Assembly: GCF_036588685.1 (NCBI RefSeq)
Contig: NC_086378.1
Span: forward strand, 28,458,001-28,522,000
Source: Mytilus trossulus
Taxonomy: Eukaryota
DNA: 64,000 nucleotides
Direction: 5' to 3'
The notes under the pieces were generated by a model. That model did not search any database. It saw nothing but the letters and a program-made list of their open reading frames with translations, and was not told the origin of the DNA. Of this stretch, positions 1 through 15,000 are shown piece by piece. Both the position numbers and the translations under genes were made by a program. The stretch's first letter is position 1; each line of letters starts with the position of its first letter.

Positions 1-60
1 GCTTTAGAATCATTACGATCTCGGCAGAAGAAAGATTCTAGATTATCAAGTTTTCTTGCT
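1..60 (+). CDS. ARHGEF12: RhoGEF exon (DH domain, partial)
   Basis: ALESLRSRQKKDSRLSSFLA followed by GTGAGT donor at 61. Confidence 0.88.
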
Positions 61-3000
61 GTGAGTATAACAAACTTTTATATTATCTGTTCATTGTACA
101 GTAAAACATGCATTAATAGGTACTTATTTAACTTTTGCATATGAGAATGTATTGCCAAGGTTTTAATTTGATGATTTTAATATTCTTTCATTTGAGGATT
201 ATTAAAACTATTATTCTGGCCTATATCTTTCTAAACATGCATGCTATATTTCCCACTGAACTTAAAGCAACCAAAAATCAATCAGTATCCTCCTGGTCTT
301 CAAAATACTGCTGATGACAATTTTTGTAGGAAATTTGAAATTTTATGCTTTTGGGAAAATTTTTGCATTGAGTTTATATCAGGGAAAACAAAACAGCCTG
401 CTCATGCTCAGATAGTCATGACACACAATGATGTTACACTTGTCAAGAAAATTACATACCTTTTGCAGGAATCTTATATATATGTTTTAAAATTATAAAT
501 GATGTCATTGTTAAAATCATCATTTTAAATTTGAAGTTATCTTCCTTTGTCTAGAATTGTTGTAAGATCAATTGCTACCTATGCAATATTTAATTTTACT
601 TCCCACTGATAAATTGAAGCAATCTCTTTACCCCTCAGTGTTTACAAGTACTTTCATTTTTATTATAGGCTGCTGAGAGTAGTAATTTAATGCGACGTCT
701 CCAGTTAAAAGATCTCATTCCTACTCAAATGATGCGTCTAACTAAGTATCCATTATTGATAGAAAGCCTTATGAAATATACAAGTGGTAGGTTATTCTAC
801 TGTTGTATTAATTACTGGTACTTATTAGAGTGGTCAAAGAATCAATTCTAAACCAAACTGTACAGATATGACGAACATCATTTGTAGAGTTTCTTCTTTT
901 CAAAGTAAAATTCGATGGAAAGAAATATTTATGTATTTGCTCCTATTGCATCTGGACTGTACTAAATAGTATAGAATATTGTTCAAAAAGGACCAGATAT
1001 TTAAGTCTCAAAGGAGTTTCTGCCAGGACAAACAATTAAACATCAACTGGATCAAGTATATACTCATATATAAGTATGAGTCTGAAGAAAATAATAAGCA
1101 GAAAATTCAATTGGTACCAGATAATTGAGAACTGATGATGCTCCACACAAAGCAAAAAAAAAAGTGCAATCTGAAATAAAAAAAATAAAAATATACATGA
1201 GATTCATGTGCAAAATCTTGAAAAATCATTAGAGCTAATTTCCTTATGCTTGTAGATTAAAACTTTGGTAGACTTGTTTGCTTTATTTGCTCAGAGCTGT
1301 ATAATTTGTAAAAACAGATTGAATTGACAATTTAGTGACCCTTTTGGTCTCATCAAATACATAGATGTGTTATCAATTTATTAATTTTAAATTTGAATAT
1401 TTGTTGCAGCCCAATCAGAAGAACATACTAAATTAGAGAGAGCCTTACAATGTAGTAAACATATCTTAGAATATGTTAATCAAGCTGTGAAAGAATATGA
1501 AAATCATTATAAATTAGAACATTTACAACGCAAAGTGGAGAAAAAGTTAGATGGTCTTTCAACTGAGGAATTTGATTATAAAAAAATGAAGGTAAGTACA
1601 TGAATTACAGAATAATTGTTAAAAAAAATTGTTCATAAGACAGAAGTATTTATATTTTTGAATTTCTGATATAATTATATTGAAGATTTTCATAGTTTCA
1701 CATATAAGCCATGATTTATTTTTCACATTATTTCCAAATGGTTTACAGTATTTTAAAGATATTATGAGAATGATGAAGTAATGGACAACAACAATTCAAA
1801 CTTGTCACTTTTCTGTTTAAGTCCCTGATCATGAATAACTTGATGCAGGTCATAGAATATATATTTTTAATATCTTACAAATAAGAAACTTTTTGTGGAT
1901 TTTAGCAATAAAATGTAATCATTTAAAATCTATTATCTGGTTAAAAGCAGAAATTTATTTTAGCAATTTGATATAAAAAATTAAACTTGTCATTATTTTA
2001 TATTTCAGGAATTAGATTTAACGAAACATAAATTAGTGTATGATGGACTTTTGACATGGAATATAAACCAAAGAAAAACTGTTGATGTTCATGTTGTTTT
2101 GTTAGAGGATGTATTAGTGTTATTACAAAAACAGGATGAAAAATTAGTGTTAAAATTTCAAAGTACTCAGCTTGTGGCGGGGAAGGACGATAGTAAATAC
2201 ATGTTTAGTCCATTGTTAGAATTAAGTTCTGTTTTGGCAGCTAACAGTAAAGCAACAGGTATGTAAAGAGAAGTTTGTTTACCTGTATAAATTTAAAAGT
2301 TTCATTTATGAATGAAAAGACAATGAAATCTTAAGATATTGCCTCAACTGGGCCAATTCGCTTCAGAATCTAATGCATTCTGGGTAATATTTTCTAAAGT
2401 GTACACCAAAACGTTGTGATTAGTTAAAAAAGTTCTAAACAATAGAAATTGAACCAATGACGTATGGTTATTTTCATTTTGGTGTACAAACAATGAGATT
2501 ACCCATTGTCTTTTAGATTTTGAAAAAGCGAATTGAGCTATATTTTGTTGATGTCATCACATTTTTTTATTCAGCCATGTTGGATCTATGTGATATGAAG
2601 AATTTTTGTCAATGATTTCTTATCTTGATATCTTCCTTAATATCGATATACTTTATAGCTCATTTTAGCTTGAAGAGTGATTTGGTTCCTATAGCCTGTA
2701 GTTTGGAATGAAGTTTGGTCAACTATGGAATTGTTCAATATTTAACTACAAAACAGTAAATCAAATGAAAATTAAAGTTTAATTTGAACGTTTCTATTGT
2801 GTAATTTTGAAAATGTCTAGAATTTCTGTTCTTATACTTATATATGTCATACTAGTACAGAAACAGGAATAAGTGCAGTGTCTATGTTAAACACTCAACA
2901 ATTAGCACACGAGTAATAAGTTGTGCTCAATATATTTCACAACTAAAATTAGTGCTGACTTTATGCTTTTAATGTAAAAGACCAGGTGTAAATCATGAGC

Positions 3001-6000
3001 AGGTGCTTGCTTGGAATATTGAAGTTATATATCGAGAACCAACACCTGAAGTAGAAATAGTCCTGTAGGGTAGTAATGAACAGTACTGTTATAGTTTTAA
3101 TAAAAATCTTGATATAGGGAATGTCTAAATTTATAGGTGTAAACCAACCCTTTCTTAGAACAAAGTTCATAAGTTCATAGGTGTAAACCAACCCTTTCTT
3201 GGAACAAAGTTCATAAGTTCATAGGTGTAAACCAACCCTTTCTTGGAACAAAGTTCATAAGTTCATAGGTGTAAACCAACCCTTTCTTAGAACAAAGTTC
3301 ATTAGATATACTTGAGACTAAACTTTTGTAACCAGAAATATACATGATATATAACAAAAATTGAGAAGCTTAAACCCGAAGCATCAACAGAATAGCTAAA
3401 AACACATAGTAGATGTCCATTCATAGAGGTTTTCAGCGAATATTCCTTCCAAAAGAAATAAATACAGATTGTTTACACAATACACATGTACCTGATCATT
3501 TTTGTTGCATTGAAAACATCACTAAAAATTTAATAGTTTATCAAAAAATCCTCTGATTGAATTTTCAAATGTATATTGTATATGTTTCAGATAAAAAAGC
3601 CTTTTTTGTTGTGGCTAAATCACAGATTTATGAGTTATCAGCTCATACTGGGGAGGAGCAAAAAAAGTAAGTTATACAATGATCTATTGTAGATAGCTTA
3701 TTAACCAATGAAAGTAAGAAAGGAAATTGGGAGCATGATTAATTAAGAAACAGGGATCCATACGCGCATGTATTCAGCAATTTTTTGTAACCTGTTTATA
3801 ATATTGTACTTGCAAGAACCTTAGGAATTGTGTAAGGGATATCAAATCAGTAGAGTTTCTCTGCCCAAGCATGGAGAAGACCCCTCCAGTATATATTGTT
3901 AATACAGGCTGGTGCTTTAACTTAATGTTCTAATTTTGCCCTTCATATATTTCTTGGATCAATTAAATTTCATTCCCTTAAATTATTTCATCTAAAACTG
4001 GTGTTCATTTTGTATTAATCACATTGATTTATCCTTTTTACCGGTATACTGTGTGGCATTAGACATCGAACAAGCATTCAATAATTTATGACATAAATTC
4101 CCTGATTAGAATTCAGTAACACAAAGTTTCTTCATGACAACCTTAATTACATGGTTGGCCCTTGCATACTTTTTATGCCCCACCTACATTAGTAGAGGGG
4201 CATTATGTTTTCTGGTCTGTGCGTCTGTTCATCAGTCCGTTCTTTTGTTCCTCTGTCCTGCTTCAGGTTAAAGTTTTGGTTGAGGTAGTTTTTGATGAAG
4301 TCCAATCAACCTGAAACTTAGTATACATGTTTCTTATGATATTATCTTTCTAATTTTAATGCCAAAGTAGAGTTCTGATCCCAATATCACAGTCCACTGA
4401 ACATAAAAAATGATAGTGTGAGTGGGGCATCTGTGTACTGGGGACACATTCTTGTTTATGACATGTCAACAATTGACAACAAAAGAAAAACAAACAGATG
4501 GAAGCATGAAATAAAGTTTGGGGACAAAATCATAGAATCTGTTTTTCTGTCCTGATAAGTCCATACAGCAAAGAGGTGTTTGATTTCATTTCTGTTATTA
4601 GTACTACTGAAGAGAAGTGATGGAGTTGTTAAAAGGTGATTGCAATAAACGTTAGTGACTCAACATGGTCAAGTTACATAAACAAACATTTCAATCAGAT
4701 GAATTGATTGTGTGCATAAATCATGTAAATAGTGACACCCTTTCCTATTTATCTTTGCAGGTGGATAAAATTGATCAAAGAGTCTGCAGATTCACATAAG
4801 AGAAATAAATCAACTGCTAATCAACTCAGACCTTCCACAAGTCCTGGCAGGTAAGATAAACCCCTGGAAAAGCATGAGAAGATGCCACTGGTGTTGGTAA
4901 GATATGTGGCATCATATGTGTAGCATAAATGACCAACATGTGGTAAACTCAATATAACTTTAATGGTACTGACTTGCTATCTAAATCTTCCTAGGTTTAT
5001 CACTACTTCTGAGATACAGAAAATATAGTGCATGATCATTGATCATAATATTCTAAACATCCTATCCAAACATTTCCAGAAAGTTATGAATTTTATGATC
5101 AGATATTCAAGTTACAAAATTTCCTTCTTGTCAAGAAAATTACATAACTTGTGCAAGGTGCCGGAATCTTAGATCTGTTGTCACTGGCGGATCCAGATAT
5201 TTTCATAAGCCCCCCCCCCTAAATCCGCCTCTTGTTCTGAAAATATCAATGATGCCATTGTTATAGTAATCTTTAAAATTGGAGTTCCTTTATACAATGC
5301 AATGTTTAATTTTACCTTCCATTGATAAGTTAAAGCAATTTTTACTATCTTCTGGCTTACAAGCCCTTAGATTTTTATCAGTATTATGTGCAATTATTGT
5401 TAAATTGTAAAAGAGAGGCAAAGGATACAAAAGGGACATTCAAACTGTATCTGTTTATTACAAAAGGGACCTTCAAACTGTATCTGTTTATTACAAAAGG
5501 GACCTTCAAACTGTATCTGTTTATTACAAAAGGGACCTTCAAACTGTATCTGTTTATTACAAAAGGGACCTTCAAACTGTATCTGTTTATTACAAAAGGG
5601 ACCTTCAAACTGTATCTGTTTATTACAAAAGGGACCTTCAAACTGTATCTGTTTATTACAAAAGGGACCTTCAAACTGTATCTGTTTATTACAAAAGGGA
5701 CCTTCAAACTGTATCTGTTTATTACAAAAGGGACATTCAAACTGTATCTGTTTATTACAAAAGGGACCTTCAAACTGTATCTGTTTATTACAAAAGGGAC
5801 CTTCAAACTGTATCTGTTTATTTGCAGACTTGAGGAGAACAAGGAACCCACAAGGATCTTTTCTTCTGATATGGTGGCTCAAGCAGATGAAACTCAGGAA
5901 CCTGAACTAGAACAACCTGATAAATTAATTATTTCCAGTCCTGTTACTTCTGTAGCGGAACCAGTTCTCACACCATTAGGTACCAGTTATATTATTTTTA

Positions 6001-9000
6001 TTCTGATTTAAATTTGAGACTTTATAAATATCTATATTTGATTGAAAAATTGTAAAAAAAAAAGATTATGTTATGAAAGCGACAGATGGAGTAAATTAAT
6101 AAATTTATCTTTCTATGAAATTTTCTCTTTTAGATTCTCATAATTTTTTCTTTTAAATTTAGTTAAAACTGAAAAAAAACTATATTACTTAGAAATTACT
6201 GATGTCCAATAAAAAGTAACTAAGAAACACAGTTTTGCACTCTTTGAAAAAAAATAAAAAAAATAGAAGTTTGATTATCCTGCAAATAATAGAGCCAATA
6301 TTTTACCATAGCTTCTTTTCATATGGAAAACAACTCTCCTATAGATGTTTTTGTTGTTCTTGCATGCAGTTAATGATTCTCAATCTCAAATTCATGTTAA
6401 AGATGAAAAACTTCATTTTTGTTTTCAAATGTCAAGAAATATTCATAATATTCATAAAGTAATGCTCTATTTGATGTCATAGTACTGAATATTCAGAAAG
6501 GAAACCAATACTAACATTTTAAACATCAGCATGCTTTAGAAGCAAGCCATTTGTGAGAATTTGATAATCCGTGTATGTTATAACGTTAAAGTAAATGTAG
6601 ATGTATAAAGTAGAAATTTAGAGTAACTGACGTGTAGAGAAGTGTCTTTAACACATGCAAACCTATATCTGAACTTGTGCGAGATGTTACATTTGCCAGA
6701 AAAAAAATCAGTTCTGAATTGATAGCTCACAACTTCGTTGTTCCTGTAATTTTGCCTTTTGGTACACAGATAATTTAACACAGGTGATTTTCACTCCTAT
6801 AAATAATCATGTGAAATTATGTGAATTTCATGTAAAACTTTATAAATAGTTTAAGTTATTTTTGATTTATTTGAAATACTGTATCCACAAGAAAATTGAT
6901 GTCTGGATTTTAAGCACCCATCAATTAATTGATCATAAAGTTAATGTGAGTGAAATTTGCCTGTGTATATATAGTATTAAACTTCTTTTTAAAGTTAGAT
7001 ATGTTATATTTTAAGCATTATATTTGGCCAAGTATTTTTCTAGAGCCATTCGTAATGTGAGAACATGATATATAAATATATCTATCTAAAGATAGAAGGT
7101 GTTGGTTTTTCGTTCAACTACTTTCTGTACTGTTAATATTGTTGGTTTGTAAGATACCATTCCGTCACATTTCTTTAATATTATTTTTTTTGTTACCAGT
7201 TTGTTTTTAATTAAAAAATTGAGTTACAGGAAAAAAATATAATGAAATTTGGAACCCTCTGAAAAAAAATCAAAAAAATCATCTCAATGAAACAAATGCA
7301 AAGGTAATGAGATAAATATATATAAAACATTGTTATTATGTTTTTCAATTGCTGCAGTAACTGGCTTATTTGGAATTTTCAAAGTAGCTTCATATTTTTT
7401 ATTGGGTGAAGTAGTTGAAAGAAATGCAAACACACGATTCATTAAGAGCATGTTGATTTCCTTTCCCCTGCATGATATGTTACATGCTTGTTTTTAACCT
7501 GTCTAGAAAGAGCACGGAGATTGGATGAAGCAGTCAAAGAAAACTTGGAAGAAAAACGAAGACTGGTGGCACAAATTATTAATGATGTTGATGAAAGGGA
7601 TCGTCTAGAACAGGTCAGTTTTGGTCAGAATAAAGTAAAATCACAAAAATAATGAGTGCTGAGGAAATTTTAAAACGGAAAGACGCAAATCAAATGGCAA
7701 AATCAAAAGCTTAACACATCAAACGAATGGATAACAACTTCCATATTCCTGACTTGGTACAGGCATTTTCCCATGTAGAAAATGGTGGATTAAACCTGGT
7801 TTCATGTTTTCGTAAAGAATTGATTTCAGCTATATTTTTCTTAGATCAGACTACCTTTTTGAATACGTAATAGTGAAAATCTTCTATAATTTTCTATTTT
7901 TATCTACTGCGATTGTCTCATGTGAGGTTTTAGAGTCTTTGTCTGGCCCCTTAATATTACATAAACCACCTGGTTAATCCATCTTTACTTATATTTACAA
8001 GATAAAACAATTTCATTGGATGAAAGGCAATATAATAATAAATTTAATCAATATATTTTGAAGTTATTGGTAATGGCCTTTATAGAATTTGAACAAGTCA
8101 AATATGAGTAGTTTGTTCCATAAAAGATGGAACTTTAAATGTTATACTTTGATTTTTACAATGAAGCAAAGAAAATCTGAAAATTGATAAAAATCAGATT
8201 CATGATATTTTTGTGTCTTAATGGATAAGTTCAAATATTTTCTTTTCAACAGATCTCTATGTCTCCTGAAACAGAATCATTACACAACACCATCCAGGAA
8301 TCAATGGAGGAATGCTCCAGTTTTATAATTGAAATTTGTGATAGAGAATGTATGTTGTCACTACTAACATTGTCAGAAAAGTTAACTTGGTCACGGCACC
8401 AAAATATTTATATAAAAACCTATGAAGAAACAGGTTAATTCATTTGAGTACTGCATATATTGATATTATTATGATTATTAACTTACTTTTATTATTGACA
8501 TATGGTGCAGCAAAGTTTTTTTTTATAAGAGATTAATTACAACTTCCAATTTGAATATTTTATAGAAATTTACATTTGAAATGTTTTTAAATGAATCAGG
8601 TAAATGTAACAAAGAAGTCAACAGCATGGATATTGCACTGAACAAAGCATGGTGTGTATTGATAAGCATGATCTTAACAAAACACTAACTCAAAAATTCT
8701 TTCTGATAAATTCTTACTTGTGTTGATATGATGGATCCTGGGTAATTGATAAATAATTGTTTAATCATTGGTCTATTGATATTTTCAGCTGGTCTAATGC
8801 AAGAGAACATACAGATGCCTATACCTATGGACAAACTGAAGGAAATGGCTAATAGAATGAACCAGATACTTACAAATTTGTTGGTAAGAAATGGCATCCT
8901 CATATGTTATCGTTTCATTGGATAAAAAACTTGTTAGGTATAATAATAGTTTGACTTCTTACTTTATTATTGGTAAAGTTTGGATGTCTAAAAAAAAGTC

Positions 9001-12000
9001 GAAATAAACACTGATTACATGTTAAATCTAAGTTCCTTGTATTCTTTTGTTAAATGTTAAAGGTTGTATCTAGCTACTTAGAATTTTTAATAAGTAAGAA
9101 TACAAGTATAATTGATATAGACCATGTTATCATTTATGTTTATCTCTATGTACCTAACAAGTTTATAATGAAATGGTATCACAATCTTTTTAGCTGTTGC
9201 AAAATTGAGTAGCTTTCAATGTCAATGTACAAATTGTCTGATATGATATGTCAAAGTGTTAAATTATGTTGTACTGGTAGTTTATATTTATGAATATTGA
9301 AACATGTTAAGGAAAAAATCAGAGGACAAAAAAAGATTTTTGTTTTTAAGAATGTTAATGAAAAGGTACTTAAATTTTAAATCAACTTTAGAAATGCTCC
9401 ATTCATTTACATAGAAACAGGATTTTAGTTTTGAAACAATTTTCAGAAATTTTTTCTGTTTTTGGAAATCTGAAATTTTTCAATTGTCTAATGTCAACTG
9501 TCACTAAAAATCTTATTAGCTCAACATTTTATAGCTAAAATTTATATGTATTGTCTGAGCCTAACATTGCAATAATAGCTCCTCACACAAATGTTACTTG
9601 TTATTTAACTGACATGCTTCATTGATGCTAAAGCTATGACTAAGAAATACCATGGGCTATTTTCTTTGTCAATTTTAATTTTTTGAAAAAATGTCCCAGG
9701 GAATGAGATTTTTTATAAAATAAAAATGTTAATCTGATTCTTCTATTAAAAAAACCTGCAACTGAATTCAACATGTCTTGCTCATTTTAAAACAAGGTTT
9801 CAAAAATATGTATATGAGAGATTAGGGCCTGTGGATAGTGTTGAATACGCCTTATCGCTAATCCTGGCTGATCTGGCCCCTTGGAACTTTTGATGCACAC
9901 AACAATCACTTTTCCATTGTGGCATCAGACATTTTGTTTTATGATGTCAAAATTTTGTGAGAACCTGTGTGATTTCCAGTAATGGCGGACAAATAGCAAT
10001 AATGTGTATATGGACCTTTCATAGAAGTATGTTGGATTTTACAAGATATTTGGCTTGGGTAAATAAAAAAAGATCAATGAAAAAAATGACTTTCAAAGAG
10101 GAGAGGTAAAAAAAGGAAAGGAATAAATTATAAATCTTACTAAGAGTCTGAAAGGGGATGCTCCATGCATAAACTTTGTCTAGTTAAATGTATATTGATA
10201 GTTTACAAACAAACTCTGATAATTTGTAAAGTTAAGAGGAATTTTTGTCAGATTTAATGTTTTCACTATTCAGGAGAAGACAAGGGCTTATCATGCTCTA
10301 CGGGCAGCTGGACAGAATGAATCGGGCGTGAGTGATCAGCATTCAAGAATTTGCGATACTAATTATGATATTTTATATGCAATATTTGAATAAGTTTATA
10401 TTAACACAATAATATTTGCAACAATGGCTTGCCTATTTTTATTTCATGTTGGCATGCTTATGAAATAATTGGTAAATTTTACATGACGGGAAAACTGAAG
10501 TATATTCAAGAGAGACATCCCTTCATACAATCAAAATTTGCAGTCCTGAATTTTTTTACTTAGGCTATCGCTAAGCTTGACATGGTTTAAAAAAACACCT
10601 TTTTGTACTTGACCAATTGGCAATTGGAAGGAAATAGATTAATACAAGGCAACACTTGTATTTATGCGGTATTGTTTACGTTACTTTCCATAAAAAGGCC
10701 AGACCTTATCAATAGCCGTCTTTTGAGTGGTTTTAAATATAGAATATTTATTAATTATGTGTTCCTTTTGTCCATGAATTTCTATTCTTGTTCTGAAACT
10801 GCTGTTTCATTGTCAAAGCTTCTTTTAATATTTTCTTTTGCTTAGTCTATTGAACAATATGTCAGTGTACAAAAGTATCACTACAAAACAATGTGTCACA
10901 TGCCATCTTTTAGTCATATATGACCTTTGACCTTGAGATCAAATTGTTGATTTTTTGTTATGGCGTATTAAAGGGACTGGAACTGTTCATCTTTCCATAT
11001 ATCTTTTTAAAGGCATGTAGATGTAACATATAATAGGACAATGTATGGTATACAAGGGAGAACTTCATTTGACCTTACCTTGGATAGAATTTTACATCTT
11101 TTCACCATATAATAGGACAATATATGGTATACAAGGGAGAACATCATTTGACCTTACCTTGAATAGAATTTCACATCTTTTTACCAAGTTATGCAATTTC
11201 TATTTTTTTTTTCATGTTGATACATCAATATTCAACAAAAGGTTGAATCTTACACTTGACCTTCATAGAAAAGTTTTGTACTATAACAACCTAGACCTTC
11301 AGATTAAAGTTTTGTAATATGAAAAAGTTTGATATGTGACATGCAGGTTAAAAATTATGTTTTATATCTTAAATTTCAAATCTTACCTTCAGGTAAAATT
11401 ACAATTCATACTTATTTAAAATTTTATAAGGGAATATTTTTTTGTGGGCTAAAATACCTTACTCTTTGACATCCTTTTGAGTGATTTCACAAAAATGCAT
11501 TTTTTTGCCCCACCTACGATAGTAGCAGGGGATTATGTTTTCTGGTCCGTGGGTCCGTCTGTTTGTTCGTTCCTCCGTTCCTCCGTCTGTCCCGCTATAG
11601 GTTATAAAGTTTTTGGTCAAGGTTATTTTTGATGAATTTGAAGTCCAATCAATTTGAAACTTAGTACACATAATCCCTATGATATGATCTTTCTAATTTT
11701 AATACCAAATTAGAGTTTTTACCCCAATTTCACGGCCCACTTACAATAAAAAATGATAGCGGGAGTGGGGCATCCGTGTCCTATGAACACATTCTTGTTT
11801 GTACCTGTGTGTGTCAGTCATGAGTACTTCTATGAACCCTGTATCTGTAGATCAATTAGAAAGAGGCAACAACTAGTTGGTTTGTCAATATAAAAAGGAG
11901 TATTGAATAAATGATTAAATCAATGAATTAACACTTGGCATCAGCAGGGTAAATCTTAATTATCAATATTTATAATTTATTAGAACACAAGAAAATCTGC

Positions 12001-15000
12001 ATGACTTTTATTTCCTGGGTGGTTGATTTTTGAGGAGTGAAGTTTTTGAATTATTTTCATTTTCTGGAGTACACAGTTTATTATTTGAAAAAAAGTTTCT
12101 TTTCTCCCATCTTTGCTTTCTACGGATACTTTTGAAATAATTCATTTAGTTGCACATATTTTCTCTAACCATGTTTTTTTTTTAACTCCCCCCTTTTTTT
12201 CTGAAATATTATATTTATAATTTCTATAGTGTTAGAAAGGATTTGTATAGTATTAATATACGAATCCTGTTTGTTAGTTATTCAACTTGAGTTTTTAGAA
12301 GTAGATGGTCATTTAAGATGGAAGCTTAACAGCATTCAGTCAAGATTTATTTTACATAGAATAGTGTAGATATTACAATTTATTTTCATTTAAAGTTTTT
12401 CTAAATAATCAGCATGCAATTCTATATATATAAAAGGACTTGTAGAAACTAAAATTGGATTTAAGTTATCACAAAACTCTATTATTTGAATCAATTCAGT
12501 ACATGTTGTCAGGTTTGAAAGAAAATAATGTCCTTGTAGTTAGTCATGATATTTTATCTCTTTAATGGATGATTTGAATAGTTTGAAGAAAAAAGACCAA
12601 GTTTGTTATAGTCGTAGTCAGTGTTTGAATATTTATACTGCCAATGATTAAGAAACTTAAAATCTGGTAGGATGTTCATAAGCTTATCCCTATGTGACAT
12701 GTGAACTTTTTTTTGTTTATCTTATTCCATTAAATATTCAATAACTTTTACAAAATCTTCATAAAGCATCTACATGGCCACCAAACACAGAAATACCAGA
12801 TACTGTTGCATTGTATCAATTTTATGCAAAAAAGCCAGTTGAACTATCCAGCCTTCTTAGAGCTTCTAGTTTAGCATAGTATAAACATGTAGATTTATCC
12901 CAGTGTATTCTAGAAAAAACTTTTAAGTTAACAATTTTGATCAACTGTTGAAAAGAATTCCTGTTGGTTCTAAAGAAAATACAGAAGATTAATTTAAATT
13001 TTGTTAAGTGGTCCTTTCAATCTTTTCTTTTAAAACTTTATTTGATTGCATTTGTTTTCTACCAAATTTTCAGGCAGTAGTTGGAAATCGTGATGAGGAA
13101 AGAGAGAGGTTAAGAATGGAACTTAAAGCTGCTCAAGATGAACTGAACATGCTGAGGGAGATCCAAAGAAAAGTATCGTCAACATCTCCACCAGATATAG
13201 TGGCACCACTAGAAAGTGTCAAGCGGGAAAGACCTCAAAGTTTGGTGTCAGAGACATCAACGTTATCTTCAGATGATGGCACACCACAGCAAAGAGATGA
13301 AGGTAAGATTGAGAGATTGGTTTATGAAACTTTGCCATCTAAATATGTCTGTTAATTTCCTTTTTGTTATATAGTATTCTAAGCTATCTTGCACAATCAA
13401 AATAAGGAACAATATGTACAAAAATTTAGAAGGCTTATTTGAGTTCGGAAATCTTGAATTGTTAGTTTCATACTGGACTAATCTTTATTGGAATTCAAAA
13501 TTGGAATATGAAATTCAATATCTGAAAACGCTATAATACGAAAATCTTAAAAGTAATTTAGCTATATAGAAATTATATTAGAACAAATGGAAAACAATTG
13601 TCATATTCTTGACTGGGTACAAACATTTCTGTATAAGATATGCTCCTAGCCATAAGTTTGAAAAAACGAATGCTGCATAGAAATGTTATAAACTAGTTCA
13701 TGGAAAATTTATTAATTTAGTACTGTTGATTCATATTAATTTGTGGGGTGCAAATATTATTGATTTCATTTGTTTAGGCAAACAATGATTGAAGACGTTC
13801 AACACACTATAAAATTTACATAGTATTGTTTGCAGAAGTAAACAATTGCCTGAAAATACAATTTTCTACCAATCCACAATGGTAACAACGTAAATTAATG
13901 AATTCACAGTATTTTTTTTAACACCACATCAACAGTGATATATTGAAACCTCCCTCATCAGTTCAAAACCTTGTATGTCATAATTGTAATGCCATCTTAA
14001 CTCATAAACACAAAGCGAACACACTTGCAAACATAAACATCAAAGTAAAATAGCATATTTTTTTTTAAAGTTTATAAACAGGAAAGGTGCATTAATATCT
14101 TTATAAAAAAAAAAAACTACAGATGTATATGAATTATAGGTAAGTTGCAGTTATGAATTGTTTTGAGTCTGTATATCTTGAAGTGTCAAAGGTCATGAAT
14201 TAGCACCTTGATCATCCAAGGCACAATTTGTAAAAGTAAACCATCATAAGTCAAAGTACGTTCCTCAACACAGAGCCTTGGCTCATACCAAAAAGCAAGC
14301 TATAAAGGGTCAGTCACAAAAATGACATGTATCAATAAAGAACATCTTTATACTTACCCATTATTTCTAAGAATAATACTGACAATATTTTATTTCAGCT
14401 GAATCGGATAGTACTGAAGATATCCCAATGATGGAAGAATCCACAGAACTTATTGAACCGGAAGTTGCCATAGCAACTGAAATCCCTCAGTGCATAGACA
14501 CAAGTGACCTTCAAGAAATTGAACCCTCAGATGAAGAGACAATAGAGGATTTAGATGCTCCCCAAATTCCAGAAAATGATTTACTTCTCGATGCTGAAGT
14601 GCTGCATATATCTAATGTTCAAACAGAGTCAGAATTAGTTGAGGAAGTTCAAGATTTAGACTCATTATCTAACGACAATAAACAAGAATCAGATTCTTTA
14701 ACAGAAGAGGTTAAAAACAAGGACAATACTACAAATGAAAGCTGTGATATTCCTAAAGAATTCCACGACAGTGATCATAAGTCGCTGAATGACGATGTAT
14801 CGACTGATGTCGATGATACAAATTCTGACAGTGAAACAATATCAAATCAGCCAGATATAGAAACAGAAAGAAAAGAAGAAAACAAATCTGAACAAACAAC
14901 TGAAGAAAGTAGTGACAATGATTTTGAAAAAATTGAGAAATCAGAAATACCTAAATCAGATGATTCTGAAATGCATGGTGAAACACAGGATTCAAAATCT

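Noticed and set aside
5384-6011. Three periodic ORFs (KGTFKLYLFIT / INRYSLKVPFV / CNKQIQFEGPF) and a CRISPR-like appearance
   Set aside because: They are translations of a 33-bp intronic minisatellite. There are no unique spacers and no cas genes; only 5828-5979 is a real exon.
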